From: Sedimentisphaerales bacterium
GTDB taxonomy: Bacteria > Planctomycetota > Phycisphaerae > Sedimentisphaerales > Anaerobacaceae
Direction of reading: 5' to 3'
DNA length: 64,000 bases
NCBI GenBank assembly: GCA_963708075.1
Contig: OY970194.1
Span: 1,920,001-1,984,000 of the forward strand
Below are positions 9,397 through 19,700 of this stretch, one piece after another. The notes under the pieces are model-generated. The model searched no databases. It was not told the origin of the DNA and worked only from the letters and a program-made list of their open reading frames with translations. Position 1 is the first letter of the stretch. Each line of letters opens with the position of its first letter. Position numbers and translations under genes: made by a program.

Positions 9397-10086
9397 ATGA
9401 ATCTGCCGAACGAAGAACCGAAGCAGACTGGCAACATGGAACGACTGAGACAACAGGCCTCGGATTGTGCACCGGGCTGCGCCTGTCACGGCACTGGATC
9501 ATCGGGACGATTGCGGTGGGTCCTGGGAGTGATCGTGCTGCTCGTCGCCGGCACGCTGGTGGCACGGGCCGTGATCAGAAGCCAAGGATCGTCAACAGAG
9601 CCGGCCTCGCCTGCTTTTGCGCCCCTTGCCCAGGCGACGGCGTCCGAGAACCCGTCTCCTGCAACCCCGCCCGCCACTACCGAGGCGACGGAAGCAGGCA
9701 CGACCAGGAGCATCGCCTCGCTTTCCGAGTTGAACATGCTGGCGGTCGCGAACGATGCTGTCTTTGTATACATCCCTGGCAAAGGCGGGTCACCCAGTGA
9801 TCCCCCCACAGCGGCGATGAAGAGCGCGGCGAGCCGAATCACGTCTCAGGGATACAAGATCGCCCTGTTCACTCTGCAAGCAGGCTCGCGTGACCACGAA
9901 CAACTCGCGGCACAGATGTCCGTGCCGGGGGTTCTCGCGGCAGTCAAAGGACGCGGAATGAGCGCCGTCTCCGGCGAGATCACGGAAACCAAGCTCATCC
10001 AGGGTTTTGTCGGCGCCGCGAACGCGGGCGGCTGCGGACCGGCGGGCTGTGGTCCGGCGGGCTGTCCACCAACGGGAAGCAAGTAA
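9397..10086 (+). CDS. hypothetical single-TM protein with Cys-rich termini
   Basis: RBS GAAGGAG; DCAPGCAC before the TM helix; C-terminal GGCGPAGCGPAGCPP. Confidence 0.7.
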   Translation: MNLPNEEPKQTGNMERLRQQASDCAPGCACHGTGSSGRLRWVLGVIVLLVAGTLVARAVIRSQGSSTEPASPAFAPLAQATASENPSPATPPATTEATEAGTTRSIASLSELNMLAVANDAVFVYIPGKGGSPSDPPTAAMKSAASRITSQGYKIALFTLQAGSRDHEQLAAQMSVPGVLAAVKGRGMSAVSGEITETKLIQGFVGAANAGGCGPAGCGPAGCPPTGSK

Positions 10087-10087
10087 C

Positions 10088-10788
10088 ATGCTCAAGGCAA
10101 TTACGGACGCACTTCAAGCCGCCAGTATGGGGCCGGCAGCGTTGCCGCTGGCTTTTCTCCTGGGATTGGTCAGCGCGGTCGCCAGTGCCTGCTGCACTTT
10201 GCCGGCGATGGGCATGCTCGTAGCCTACTCGGGCACGCGGGAAAACACCAACCGGCGAATGGCATTCACGTCGGCGATCTGGTTCCTGATCGGAACCACA
10301 GTGGCGCTGATCGTACTGGGGCTTGTCGCCGGTTTCGTCGGCCAGACGGCACAGGCGTTTCTTGGACGATACTGGAAGATATTCGCGGGAGCCGTCGCAG
10401 TCCTTCTGGGGCTGGCGACTCTCAAGTTGCTTCCCATCCGTCTGCCGAAACGCATTCAGAAGAATGGTAACCCCTCCGCGTACGGCGCAAAATGGGCGCA
10501 GCGCTCGGAGGGTTGTTTCTTGGCGGCGGCGTGGCAGCGTGCTCGCTGCCCTGCAATCCGGGGATCTTCATTGTGCTCGGCGCCAGTGTGTTGCTGGGCC
10601 GGGTCATGTGGGGCATGGTGCTCATGGCGGCGTTTGCCGTCGGTTTCAGCCTGCCGCTCAGTGCCATTCTCTTCGGCGTCTCATTTGGCAAGGCATCCAT
10701 CAAGATGCAGAAGGTTGACGCGGTGATCCGAACTGTCGCCGGTGTCCTGCTGGCTGGCGCGGGCCTGTATTTGTTGGCGTCATTTTGA
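10088..10788 (+). CDS. second CcdA/DsbD-like membrane protein; frameshift at ~10490
   Basis: SAVASACCTLP in the first frame, ACSLPCNPG and further TM helices in the second frame (10492-10788). Confidence 0.7.
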
Positions 10789-10807
10789 CAAAAAAGGAAC
10801 ATGGAAG

Positions 10808-11137
10808 ATGACAAAACTGGTGGAAGTGTTCGATCCGCCCATGTGCTGCTCCAGTGGCGTGTGCGGCCCGAAGGTGGATAAGAGACTCGTACAGTTCAGC
10901 GCCGCACTGGAGTGGCTGCGCGGTCAGGGCGTTCAGGTGCAGCGATACAACCCGACCCAGCAATATGAAGCATTTGTCAATAACGCCACAGTCGTCAACA
11001 CGATCAACACACACGGCACGGAATGCCTTCCCCTGATCCTGGTGGATGGACAGATCGTCAGCTATGGCGGCTATCCCAGCAAAGAGGACCTCGCCGTGAT
11101 GGCCGGCGTTGAAAGTCAGAGGAAGGCGGAAGCGTGA
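10808..11137 (+). CDS. arsD: arsenite metallochaperone ArsD
   Basis: VFDPPMCCSSGVCGP, RYNP, LPLILVDG..GGYP. Confidence 0.93.
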   Translation: MTKLVEVFDPPMCCSSGVCGPKVDKRLVQFSAALEWLRGQGVQVQRYNPTQQYEAFVNNATVVNTINTHGTECLPLILVDGQIVSYGGYPSKEDLAVMAGVESQRKAEA

Positions 11138-12966
11138 CAAGACAGACCAACCATTTTGAGGCGTTTGTACGCGCTGCCCCCCGCTTTCTGTTCTTCACCG
11201 GCAAAGGCGGCGTCGGCAAGACCACTCTATCCTGTGCCACGGCCGTGGCCCTGGCGGACAGTGGACGCCGCGTGCTGCTGATCAGCACGGACCCCGCGTC
11301 GAACCTGAACGAAGTACTGGGTGCAGAACTGTCCTCAAAACCCGTTCGGTTGGAATCGGTGCATGGGCTGTGGGCCTTGAACATAGACCCCCAGACAGCG
11401 GCCCGCGAGTACCGCGAACGCATGGTCGCTCCCTATCGCGGCGTGCTGCCGCCTGCGGCGGTCGCCGGGATTGAAGAGCAATTGTCCGGCGCCTGCACGA
11501 CCGAGATCGCCGCGTTCAACGAGTTCTCTCGTTTCATTGGCCAGCCGCAGGCCACAGCGAACTATGACCACGTCGTATTCGACACGGCGCCAACCGGTCA
11601 TACCCTTCGTCTGCTCCAACTGCCGGCGGCATGGAACCAGTACCTCGACACCAACACGAGTGGGACCTCCTGCCTGGGACCGCTTTCGGGTCTTCGCGAG
11701 CAGCATGCCCTCTACGCCAGGGCGCTGCAATGCCTGTCCGATTCGGCGAAAACTCAGGTGGCATTAGTCAGTCGCCCCGAGCGTTCCGCGCTGGCCGAAG
11801 CGGAGCGTACGCGATCCGAGCTGGGCGCGCTGGGTCTGAGTAACATTCGGCTCTTACTGAATGGACTATTCGATAACAGTGACAGCGACCCAGTTGCCCT
11901 GGCTATGGCCTCACGCCAGCGACAAGCCCTATCCGGTATGCCAGAGGGCCTGCGGCCACTCGCGCGCACGGAGGTTCCCCTGCTGCCATTCAATGTGACT
12001 GGACTTTCCGCCGTCCGGGCTGTGACCGATCCCGCGTGTTCGGCCGTCGCAGAGGCAAGGGGAAAAGAAACCCGGTCTTTCGCCGGTTGGCCATCGCTAT
12101 CCGCACTGGTCCGTGAGATCGAGGCCGATGGTCACGGCGTCATCCTCGCGATGGGTAAAGGGGGCGTCGGCAAGACAACTATAGCATCGGCCATCGCGGT
12201 CGAACTGGCCTCTCGTGGTCATCGTGTGCATCTGACCACCACCGATCCCGCGGCCCACATCGAACATGCGCTTGGAGAATCCGTGGCGAATCTGGAGACC
12301 AGCAGGATCGATCCGAGAGTTGAGATCGCCGCCTACACCCAGGAAGTCATGGCGTCTACGAGCGCGGACCTCGATGAGGAGGGCCGCAGGCTGCTGGAGG
12401 AGGACCTGCGATCCCCCTGCACCGAGGAGATTGCGGTATTCAGGGCCTTTGCCGCCAAGGTGGACAAGGGCCGGGATGGTTTCGTCGTTCTGGATACCGC
12501 CCCGACCGGGCATACGCTTTTGCTTCTCGATGCCACGGAGGCTTACCACCGCGAGGTGTCACGCACGCAAAGTGATCTGCCCGAGGCGGTCCGGCATCTG
12601 CTGCCGCGTCTGCGAGATCCTGTCTTCAGCAAGGTGATCCTCGTGACCCTGCCGGAGGCGACGCCCGTTCATGAGGCTGCGCAACTGCAGGAAGATCTCC
12701 AGCGTGCAGGGATACGCCCCTTCGCCTGGATCATCAATCAGAGCCTCAGTCCACTTGCCCTGGCCCACCCCCTGCTCAAGGCCAGACGAGCCAATGAGCA
12801 GCGGTTCATTGAAGAGGTCCGGCAGCACACGGACCGCCTGGCGGTCGTGCCCTGGCTGTCCCGAGAGCCAACAGGGGTAGAGGGATTGCGGCGATTGACC
12901 AGTGACTTGCGTGAACTGGATCCTTCCAGACAGACAAGACAGGAGATGCCCCGTGCCAGGATATGA
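11134..12966 (+). CDS. arsA: arsenical pump-driving ATPase ArsA
   Basis: two GKGGVGKTT P-loops, two DTAPTGHT motifs, SGACTTE, SCLGP, SPCTEE. Confidence 0.96.
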   Translation: MTRQTNHFEAFVRAAPRFLFFTGKGGVGKTTLSCATAVALADSGRRVLLISTDPASNLNEVLGAELSSKPVRLESVHGLWALNIDPQTAAREYRERMVAPYRGVLPPAAVAGIEEQLSGACTTEIAAFNEFSRFIGQPQATANYDHVVFDTAPTGHTLRLLQLPAAWNQYLDTNTSGTSCLGPLSGLREQHALYARALQCLSDSAKTQVALVSRPERSALAEAERTRSELGALGLSNIRLLLNGLFDNSDSDPVALAMASRQRQALSGMPEGLRPLARTEVPLLPFNVTGLSAVRAVTDPACSAVAEARGKETRSFAGWPSLSALVREIEADGHGVILAMGKGGVGKTTIASAIAVELASRGHRVHLTTTDPAAHIEHALGESVANLETSRIDPRVEIAAYTQEVMASTSADLDEEGRRLLEEDLRSPCTEEIAVFRAFAAKVDKGRDGFVVLDTAPTGHTLLLLDATEAYHREVSRTQSDLPEAVRHLLPRLRDPVFSKVILVTLPEATPVHEAAQLQEDLQRAGIRPFAWIINQSLSPLALAHPLLKARRANEQRFIEEVRQHTDRLAVVPWLSREPTGVEGLRRLTSDLRELDPSRQTRQEMPRARI

Positions 12967-13165
12967 CTTCGAATGTCAGGCTTGCCACAAATCATTTGAG
13001 ATTCAGGTGACATTTGCCGAGTACTCGGCCCAGATGAGTGAACACAAGATCGCGTGCCCCACGTGCGGATCGAACAAGGTGGTGCGTGTGTTCAGCCCGC
13101 CGAGCATCCGCTCCAGTTCCTCTCCCCGGTCCGGCGGTTGTTGCCCGGGCGGCAGTTGCGGATGA
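12953..13165 (+). CDS. FmdB-family zinc-ribbon protein
   Basis: MPGYDFECQACHKSFE...CPTCGS, tail GGCCPGGSCG; GTG start. Confidence 0.8.
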   Translation: MPGYDFECQACHKSFEIQVTFAEYSAQMSEHKIACPTCGSNKVVRVFSPPSIRSSSSPRSGGCCPGGSCG

Positions 13166-13334
13166 ATGAGCCGTCATGTGCACAGGGGACTCCTGGCGGA
13201 GCCAAAAACCGGGCATGGTGCTGCAAGAGCGATTGCAGGGAAAACTTATCCGCCGTATTGGGCGTATGTAAGATGACTACAGGTGTTTCCTTCCTCTGGA
13301 CGTTCCGCGAAGTTTTTGTGACGGGAGTTTGTGT

Positions 13335-14468
13335 ATGAGCGATGGAATCGCAAAGAGACTTTCATTTCTGGACCGCTTTCTGACGTTGTGGATTTTCCTG
13401 GCGATGGCCATTGGAGTGGCGCTGGGGTATTTTGCGCCGGGCGTTGGCAACTGGATCGGCTCGCTGCGGCCGGAAGGGACGCAGACCAGTATCCCCATCG
13501 CCATTGGGCTGATCCTGATGATGTATCCGCCTTTGGCCAAGGTCAAGTACGAGGAATTGGGCGACGTCTTTCGTAACTGGCGTGTGCTGGGCTTGAGTCT
13601 GGTGCAGAACTGGATCGTCGGCCCGATACTGATGTTTGCCCTGGCCGTGCTGTTCCTGCGCGGCCGGCCGGAGTTCATGATCGGCCTGATCATGATCGGC
13701 CTGGCCCGCTGTATCGCCATGGTCATCGTCTGGAACGATCTGGCCAAGGGAGACACAGAATACGCGGCCGGTCTGGTTGCCTTCAACTCCATCTTCCAGG
13801 TGCTCTTCTACAGCATTTATGCCTGGGTATTCATCACGGTGTTACCGCCGATGCTCGGTCTGTCGGGAGCGGTGGTTAGTATCACCGTCGGCCAGATCGC
13901 CCAGAGCGTCTTCATCTATCTGGGCATCCCGTTCCTCGCCGGAATGATCACTCGCTTCGTACTGGTCAAGGCCAAGGGCAAAGAGTGGTATCACGGCCGC
14001 TTCATTCCCAAGATCAGTCCGATCACGCTCATCGCGCTACTGTTCACCATTGTGGTCATGTTCTCCATGCAGGGCCAGAAGATCATCGACAAGCCGGGGG
14101 ATGTGGTGCTGATCGCCATTCCTCTGCTGATCTACTTCGTGGTCATGTTCCTGGCAAGCTTCTGGATGAGCAAGAAGGCCGGGGCCAACTACGCCAAATC
14201 GGCCACGCTGTCCTTCACCGCCGCCAGCAACAATTTCGAGTTGGCCATCGCGGTCGCGGTGGGCGTGTTCGGTATCAACCATGGTGCGGCGTTTGCCGCC
14301 GTCATCGGTCCGCTGGTCGAAGTGCCTGCACTTATCGGACTGGTGAATGTGAGCCTGTGGCTCAAGGGCAAATGGTTCGCAACCGACCCGGCCGAGTTGG
14401 AGAAGGTCGGCGGCTGCACCACCGGCCGGCCCGCGACGGTAACATCTGCTGAGATTCCTGAATCATAG
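13335..14468 (+). CDS. acr3: Acr3 arsenite efflux transporter
   Basis: [48 protein letters not shown]. Confidence 0.96.
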   Translation: MSDGIAKRLSFLDRFLTLWIFLAMAIGVALGYFAPGVGNWIGSLRPEGTQTSIPIAIGLILMMYPPLAKVKYEELGDVFRNWRVLGLSLVQNWIVGPILMFALAVLFLRGRPEFMIGLIMIGLARCIAMVIVWNDLAKGDTEYAAGLVAFNSIFQVLFYSIYAWVFITVLPPMLGLSGAVVSITVGQIAQSVFIYLGIPFLAGMITRFVLVKAKGKEWYHGRFIPKISPITLIALLFTIVVMFSMQGQKIIDKPGDVVLIAIPLLIYFVVMFLASFWMSKKAGANYAKSATLSFTAASNNFELAIAVAVGVFGINHGAAFAAVIGPLVEVPALIGLVNVSLWLKGKWFATDPAELEKVGGCTTGRPATVTSAEIPES

Positions 14469-14505
14469 GTGCTTCTGGGCGCCTTTTAGCAAGGGGGGTA
14501 TAGTC

Positions 14506-15378
14506 ATGTTTGAGACCATCGTGGTAGCCACCGACTTGTCGGAAGCATCCGACATGGTGATCACCTGCCTGCGCGGGCTGCATGATCTTGGGACACGGAA
14601 GGTGGTGCTTGCCCATGCCCTTGGGGTTAGGTACGAGGAGGAGATCGCACGCTTGCTCTCCCAGATGGCCGAGCCCAAACTGACCAACCAACGGGCGGCT
14701 CTTGAGGCGCAAGGGTTTCAGGTCGCCGTAGAGGTGGGTCCTGGCACGGCAATGGTAGAGGTCAATCGGATTGCTGAGAAGCACCGGGCCTCCCTTATCG
14801 TGGTGGGGTCCCTGGGAGCGACCTGTACCCGTGAAGCTCTATTGGGCGGGACCGCTCTGGCGATCCTTCATCGGGCTCAGATCCCTGTCCTGGTCGTGCG
14901 GGTACGAGTGGCCGAGCCGGGTGCGAGCGAAAAATGCCGAGTGATCTGCGAAGACTTCACCAAGCATGTCCTTTTCCCGACGGACTTCTCTGACAATGCC
15001 GAGAAAGCCTTCGAGCAGGTCAGGCAACTGGCGGCGAATGGCGTGCGTCGGGTGACCCTCCTGCATGTCCAGGATAAGATCAAGATTGATCCGCATCTCA
15101 AGGAGCGGCTGGGAGAGTTCAACCGGATCGATCAGGAGCGTCTCGAGCGTCTGAAGGACGAATTGACGCGGCAAGGTGCGACAGATGTGGACATAAAGAT
15201 CCCCTACGAATCGCCCACTCAGGAGATACTGAGATTGGCTTCCCAGGACAAGGATACGCTGATTGTGATGGGAGGCCAGGGGCGAGGCTTCATCCGGGAA
15301 GTGTTTCTGGGAAGCGTCAGTCACAATGTCGCTCGTTACGCTACGGCACCTGTCCTGATCGTCCCGCCCATAAGATGA
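14506..15378 (+). CDS. tandem-domain universal stress protein
   Basis: two USP domains (VATDLS..LIVVGS..LLGG..PVLVV; FPTDFS..IVMGGQGRG..FLGSVS..PVLIV). Confidence 0.9.
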   Translation: MFETIVVATDLSEASDMVITCLRGLHDLGTRKVVLAHALGVRYEEEIARLLSQMAEPKLTNQRAALEAQGFQVAVEVGPGTAMVEVNRIAEKHRASLIVVGSLGATCTREALLGGTALAILHRAQIPVLVVRVRVAEPGASEKCRVICEDFTKHVLFPTDFSDNAEKAFEQVRQLAANGVRRVTLLHVQDKIKIDPHLKERLGEFNRIDQERLERLKDELTRQGATDVDIKIPYESPTQEILRLASQDKDTLIVMGGQGRGFIREVFLGSVSHNVARYATAPVLIVPPIR

Positions 15379-15474
15379 AGCCACCTCGCTGGATATGATC
15401 GCACATTTGCGGCTGTGACCGGTCTGCTCGTGCCTGCGCGAGGTCAATAGGAGTTGGTTGTGCACGGCGAAATC

Positions 15475-15483
15475 TGCTATAAT
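15475..15483 (+). promoter_or_regulatory. extended -10 element upstream of the WXG100 operon
   Basis: TGCTATAAT about 100 bp upstream of ATG 15583. Confidence 0.45.
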
Positions 15484-15582
15484 GGGAATGTATGGCAAGA
15501 GTGAACAGCAGATCATGCCGGTTCGCGGCTCGTGTTCCAACCCACGATTGGATACAGGTGGTTTCTCGATGCGGAGGTGATT

Positions 15583-15855
15583 ATGGCCAAAGCAAATGTT
15601 GACCCCGCGGAGTTACGGCGTTTTGCCCGGGATCTGACTCGCTTCAACTCCGACTTGGAAACCTTGCTGGTGGGCCTGCAGGGCCGCCTGAAGGAACTGG
15701 AGAGAAGCTGGGCGGACCAGGAACAGAGACGGTTTGCCCAGGAGTTTGAACTGACCGTGAAGACCCTGCGCCGCTTTCTCGACGCGTCCACCCAGCATGT
15801 GACATTTCTGGCGAAGAAAGCTGGTCACATCGAAGACTATCTACAGCAGCGGTAG
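15583..15855 (+). CDS. WXG100/ESAT-6-like protein (W-x-D variant)
   Basis: 90 aa helix-turn-helix; VDPAELRRFA N-terminus, central SWADQE; RBS GGAGGTG. Confidence 0.8.
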   Translation: MAKANVDPAELRRFARDLTRFNSDLETLLVGLQGRLKELERSWADQEQRRFAQEFELTVKTLRRFLDASTQHVTFLAKKAGHIEDYLQQR

Positions 15856-15864
15856 GAATCGAAG

Positions 15865-16527
15865 ATGGGCCAGGAGGCAAGAGTAAGTTCCATCTCCGTG
15901 CTCAAGCAGCTCAGGGCGTCGTTGGGCACCTTCGCGAAGATTGCCTCCATAGCTATGGAGGAGGCGAGCGCGGGGATTCAGCACACGCGTCAATGGGTGC
16001 GGGAGGACCAGAACCGTTTTTGGAAAGCGCAGGTCCAGGCACGCACGGAGCAATTTACGCGTGCGAAGCGTGCCTTGAAGCAGCGTCAGGTGTTCGACAG
16101 GACTCTGGCGGGCACTCCCAGCTCGTGCGTGGACGAAAAGAAAGCCTTACAGGTGGCGGAGGCCCGGCTGCGGGAAGCCGAGTACAAGCTCAGTCGGGTC
16201 AAGGCCTGGAGCCAGCAGATCGAGAAGGAATGGTCGGACTACCGGGCGGCAACACAGAGACTTGTCAATGGGGTCGAGGTGGAGATTCCGAATGCCCGAG
16301 CCCGGCTGGACAAAATGATCGATTCGCTCGAGGCATACTTCGCTCTGCCGCCCCTGGAAATGCCCAGGAGCGGCACGGAGCAACCCGAGGTCGATCTCGT
16401 GCAACCCGGGGAGGCGCCGGCGCCAGTCCCGCCCGAGCACCCCGCCCCTGCGCCGCCGAGCGCCGCAGAGACGGTCGAGGCGCCGCCCGAGACAACGCCG
16501 ACGTCACACGGTAATTCTATACCCTGA
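15865..16527 (+). CDS. coiled-coil protein with Pro-rich tail, in the WXG100 operon
   Basis: all-helical heptad pattern; 9-bp gap after the WXG100 gene. Confidence 0.7.
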   Translation: MGQEARVSSISVLKQLRASLGTFAKIASIAMEEASAGIQHTRQWVREDQNRFWKAQVQARTEQFTRAKRALKQRQVFDRTLAGTPSSCVDEKKALQVAEARLREAEYKLSRVKAWSQQIEKEWSDYRAATQRLVNGVEVEIPNARARLDKMIDSLEAYFALPPLEMPRSGTEQPEVDLVQPGEAPAPVPPEHPAPAPPSAAETVEAPPETTPTSHGNSIP

Positions 16528-16541
16528 CAAAGGGAGGTTAC

Positions 16542-16769
16542 GTGAGTACCATCGAAAGCCGTGCCAAGTTTATCCAGGCTGCCAAGAAGCTGATGGCGGA
16601 CTGGCAGCAGGCCCAGGAAGAGTGGCGGGATGACAACTGCCGACAGTTCGACAAGAAGTATATGGCGCCGCTGGAGTCGAGTATCCGCTCGGCAGCCTTG
16701 GCCATGGAACGCATGGAGACAATACTCGAGAGTGCACAACAGGATTGTGCCGACAGCACGGGACCTTAA
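16542..16769 (+). CDS. second small WXG100-like protein
   Basis: 75 aa helical hairpin with central EWRDD; RBS GGGAGG before GTG. Confidence 0.65.
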   Translation: MSTIESRAKFIQAAKKLMADWQQAQEEWRDDNCRQFDKKYMAPLESSIRSAALAMERMETILESAQQDCADSTGP

Positions 16770-16772
16770 TCC

Positions 16773-19700
16773 ATGAATACTCATTTGCAGGCCTATCTTC
16801 CGGGCCCGGAGCCGTTGCAGAACAACGACCACACAAGTCTCCAGCGTCAGGCGATGGGCGAAGTGCTTCGACTTTCGCCTGCCGTCTTGCGGCCCCTGGA
16901 ATCCCAGATCGCATCCGACTATCAAGTGGCCGTGCAGCGGGCGCAGGAACGGCTCGCCGCGGACAAGAGCAAGATAGAAGCCGCGCTGCAGGCCGGGAGC
17001 CAGGAGATTCAACGCCAGTATGATGCCCGGCGCGAGGCGACCCGAGCTGACTACGAGGCACGGCTCAGCACCATCAAGGTGGACGCCCAACACGCGCACA
17101 ACCGGGTCAACCAGAAAGCGACGGAGCTGAAGAGCAAGGCGGAGAAGGAATACCAGGATCAGGTGATGGTCGTGGAATATGTGGCCGAGGGGGCGACCAC
17201 CAAGGTCCAGCAGGGACGCATGACGGCGCAAGCGGTGGTTCAAGCCGCCCGCCAATATCTCGACGCCCTTGGCATGCAGGCGGATGAACTCCTGCGGCTC
17301 TACCGGCAGTCCGTCCCTCCCCTTGGCGAGAGAGCCCAACCCGATACGGACGTGGGCCCGTCTCCCGCTGAGGTTTACCGCTCCCAGCAGGCCTTGGCCG
17401 AGCTACATCTGAAGACACTCAGGCGGCTATTTGCCGCTCAGCTTTTCGTCGGCATTTACCCGCTGTTGTTCATCGGTGGAGTTCTCGGCATCGCTGTGAT
17501 GTTGCTGACGCTCCTGTACCTTCTGAAAGTCCCCGGCCTGCCCCCCCTTCTGGTGACAGGTCCGGTCACGGTTGGTTTGGTGATCGTTCTGGTCGGCTTG
17601 GGTGGGCGTGCCCTGTGGCGGCTGGCGAAGCGTCAGGTCCGGCGGGAGTTCACGGCATTCCAGGAAGCATTGACAGTGGCGCGCCGCGCTCTCGACCAAC
17701 AGCAGGAACTGACATTGCAGGACATCGAAGGGCAGTCGCGGACCTCCCTGGAGCAAACGGAGGCGGAGTCGCGGAAGGCCCGCGAGGCCCTCGAAGCGAC
17801 CAAGATACGGATTGCGAAGCAGCGCAGCACATCCCTGCAGGAGGTCGATCAGCGCGGGCGGGAAGCCTTGGATCGTCTTAAGCAACAAAGAGACAAGGCC
17901 TTGAACGAAGCGGAACGCGACTACCGGGAGCACCGGTTGGCGCTGGAGCAGCGACACCGCCAGGAATTGGCGCAGGTGCAGGCAAGATATGACCAGGACA
18001 TGGCTGCATGTGAGCACGAGCATCGGACTTCCCGCCAGAGGTTGGAGGAGCGATTGGACAAAGGCCTCACCTGCGTTCGGGCCATGCTCCAGGATACGGC
18101 CGATCTCAGCACGAGGGGTGTCGCAGGCTGGGACCACTTGCTGGTTGAATCCTGGACACCCCCCCAGACTCCCCCGTCTGCGGTCCGGTTTGGAGCATTT
18201 GCATTGGACTTACGGTCGTTGACGGACGTCGTACGGGCTCGGCTCGGGCCGGGCCTGGAGCCGACCGGACCCGTGGTTCTTCCGGCCCTGCTGGAATTCC
18301 CCCGGCAGTGTTCCATGCTACTTCAGTCCCCGCGTGAAGGGCGAGAGCTGGCGCTCGAGACTCTGCGAGCAGTGATGATGCGGCTCTTCACATCTCTCCC
18401 ACCGGGCCGGGTCCGCTTCACGATTCTCGACCCCATAGGCCTGGGCGAGAGCTTTGCCGGTTTCATGCACGCGGGGGACTACCAGGAGGCCCTGGTCGGC
18501 GGCCGCATCTGGACGGAGGCCCCCCAGATCCAGCAGCAACTGGAAGACCTCACGCAGCACATGGAGACCGTGATCCAGAAATACCTCCGCAACGAGTTCG
18601 AAACCATTGAGCAGTACAACGAGCAGGCGGGCGAGCTGGCGGAGCCGTATCGCTTCCTGGTGATCGCCGACTTCCCCACGAATTTCAATGAAGAAGCAGC
18701 CCGGCGTCTGAGCAGCATCGTTCACAGCGGTCCGCGGTGCGGCGTCCATACGCTCATCGCATACGACACGCGTCACGAGCTGCCGGCCGGCATCGATATA
18801 CAGGACGTGAGCGCCAACAGCATTCACCTCCTGTATGAAAAGGGCTGCTATGTCTGGCAAGACCCGATCCTGCGGCAATTCCCGCTCACCCTGGACCAGC
18901 CCCCGGACGAGACCACGTTGACGAAAATCATGCACGTGATCGGCAAGGCCGGCGCCCGGGCGGCCCGGGTCGAGGTTCCCTTCGAGGCGGTCGCTCCGGC
19001 CCAACACCAGACTTGGTCGCTCGATAGCCGGGCGGAGATTTGCGTTCCGCTGGGCCGCACGGGCGCGACGCGCCTGCAATATCTGCGTCTGGGTCGTGGG
19101 GTGGCCCAGCACATGTTGATCGCCGGCAAGACCGGCTCCGGCAAGTCCACTCTCCTCCACGTCATGGTTACCAACCTCGCCCTGTGGTATGCGCCCGACC
19201 AGGTGGAGCTCTACCTGGTCGATTTCAAACAGGGAGTGGAATTCAAAACCTACGTCACCCATCATCTCCCCCACGCCCGCGCGATCGCCATCGAGAGTGA
19301 CCGCGAATTCGGGCTGAGCATTCTGCGGCGCCTGGATGCCGAAATGGCCCATCGGGGCGAGCTGTTCCGCAGCTCCGGCGTGCAGGATATCAACGCCTAT
19401 CGTCAATCCACGGGAAAGACCATGCCGCGCACCGTACTCATCGTGGACGAGTTCCAGGTTTTCTTCGCGGAAGACGACAAGCTGGCCCAGGACGCAGCCG
19501 TGCTCCTGGAACAGCTCGTTCGCCAGGGACGAGCTTTTGGCATCCACGTGGTCCTGGGATCGCAGACGCTGGGCGGCGTGTTCGGCCTGGCTCGCAGCAC
19601 AATCGGACAAATGGCCATACGCGTCGCGTTGCAGTGCTCGGAGGCGGATTCCCAACTCATTCTCGACGACGAGAACGTCGCCGCCCGGCTGCTGTCAAGG

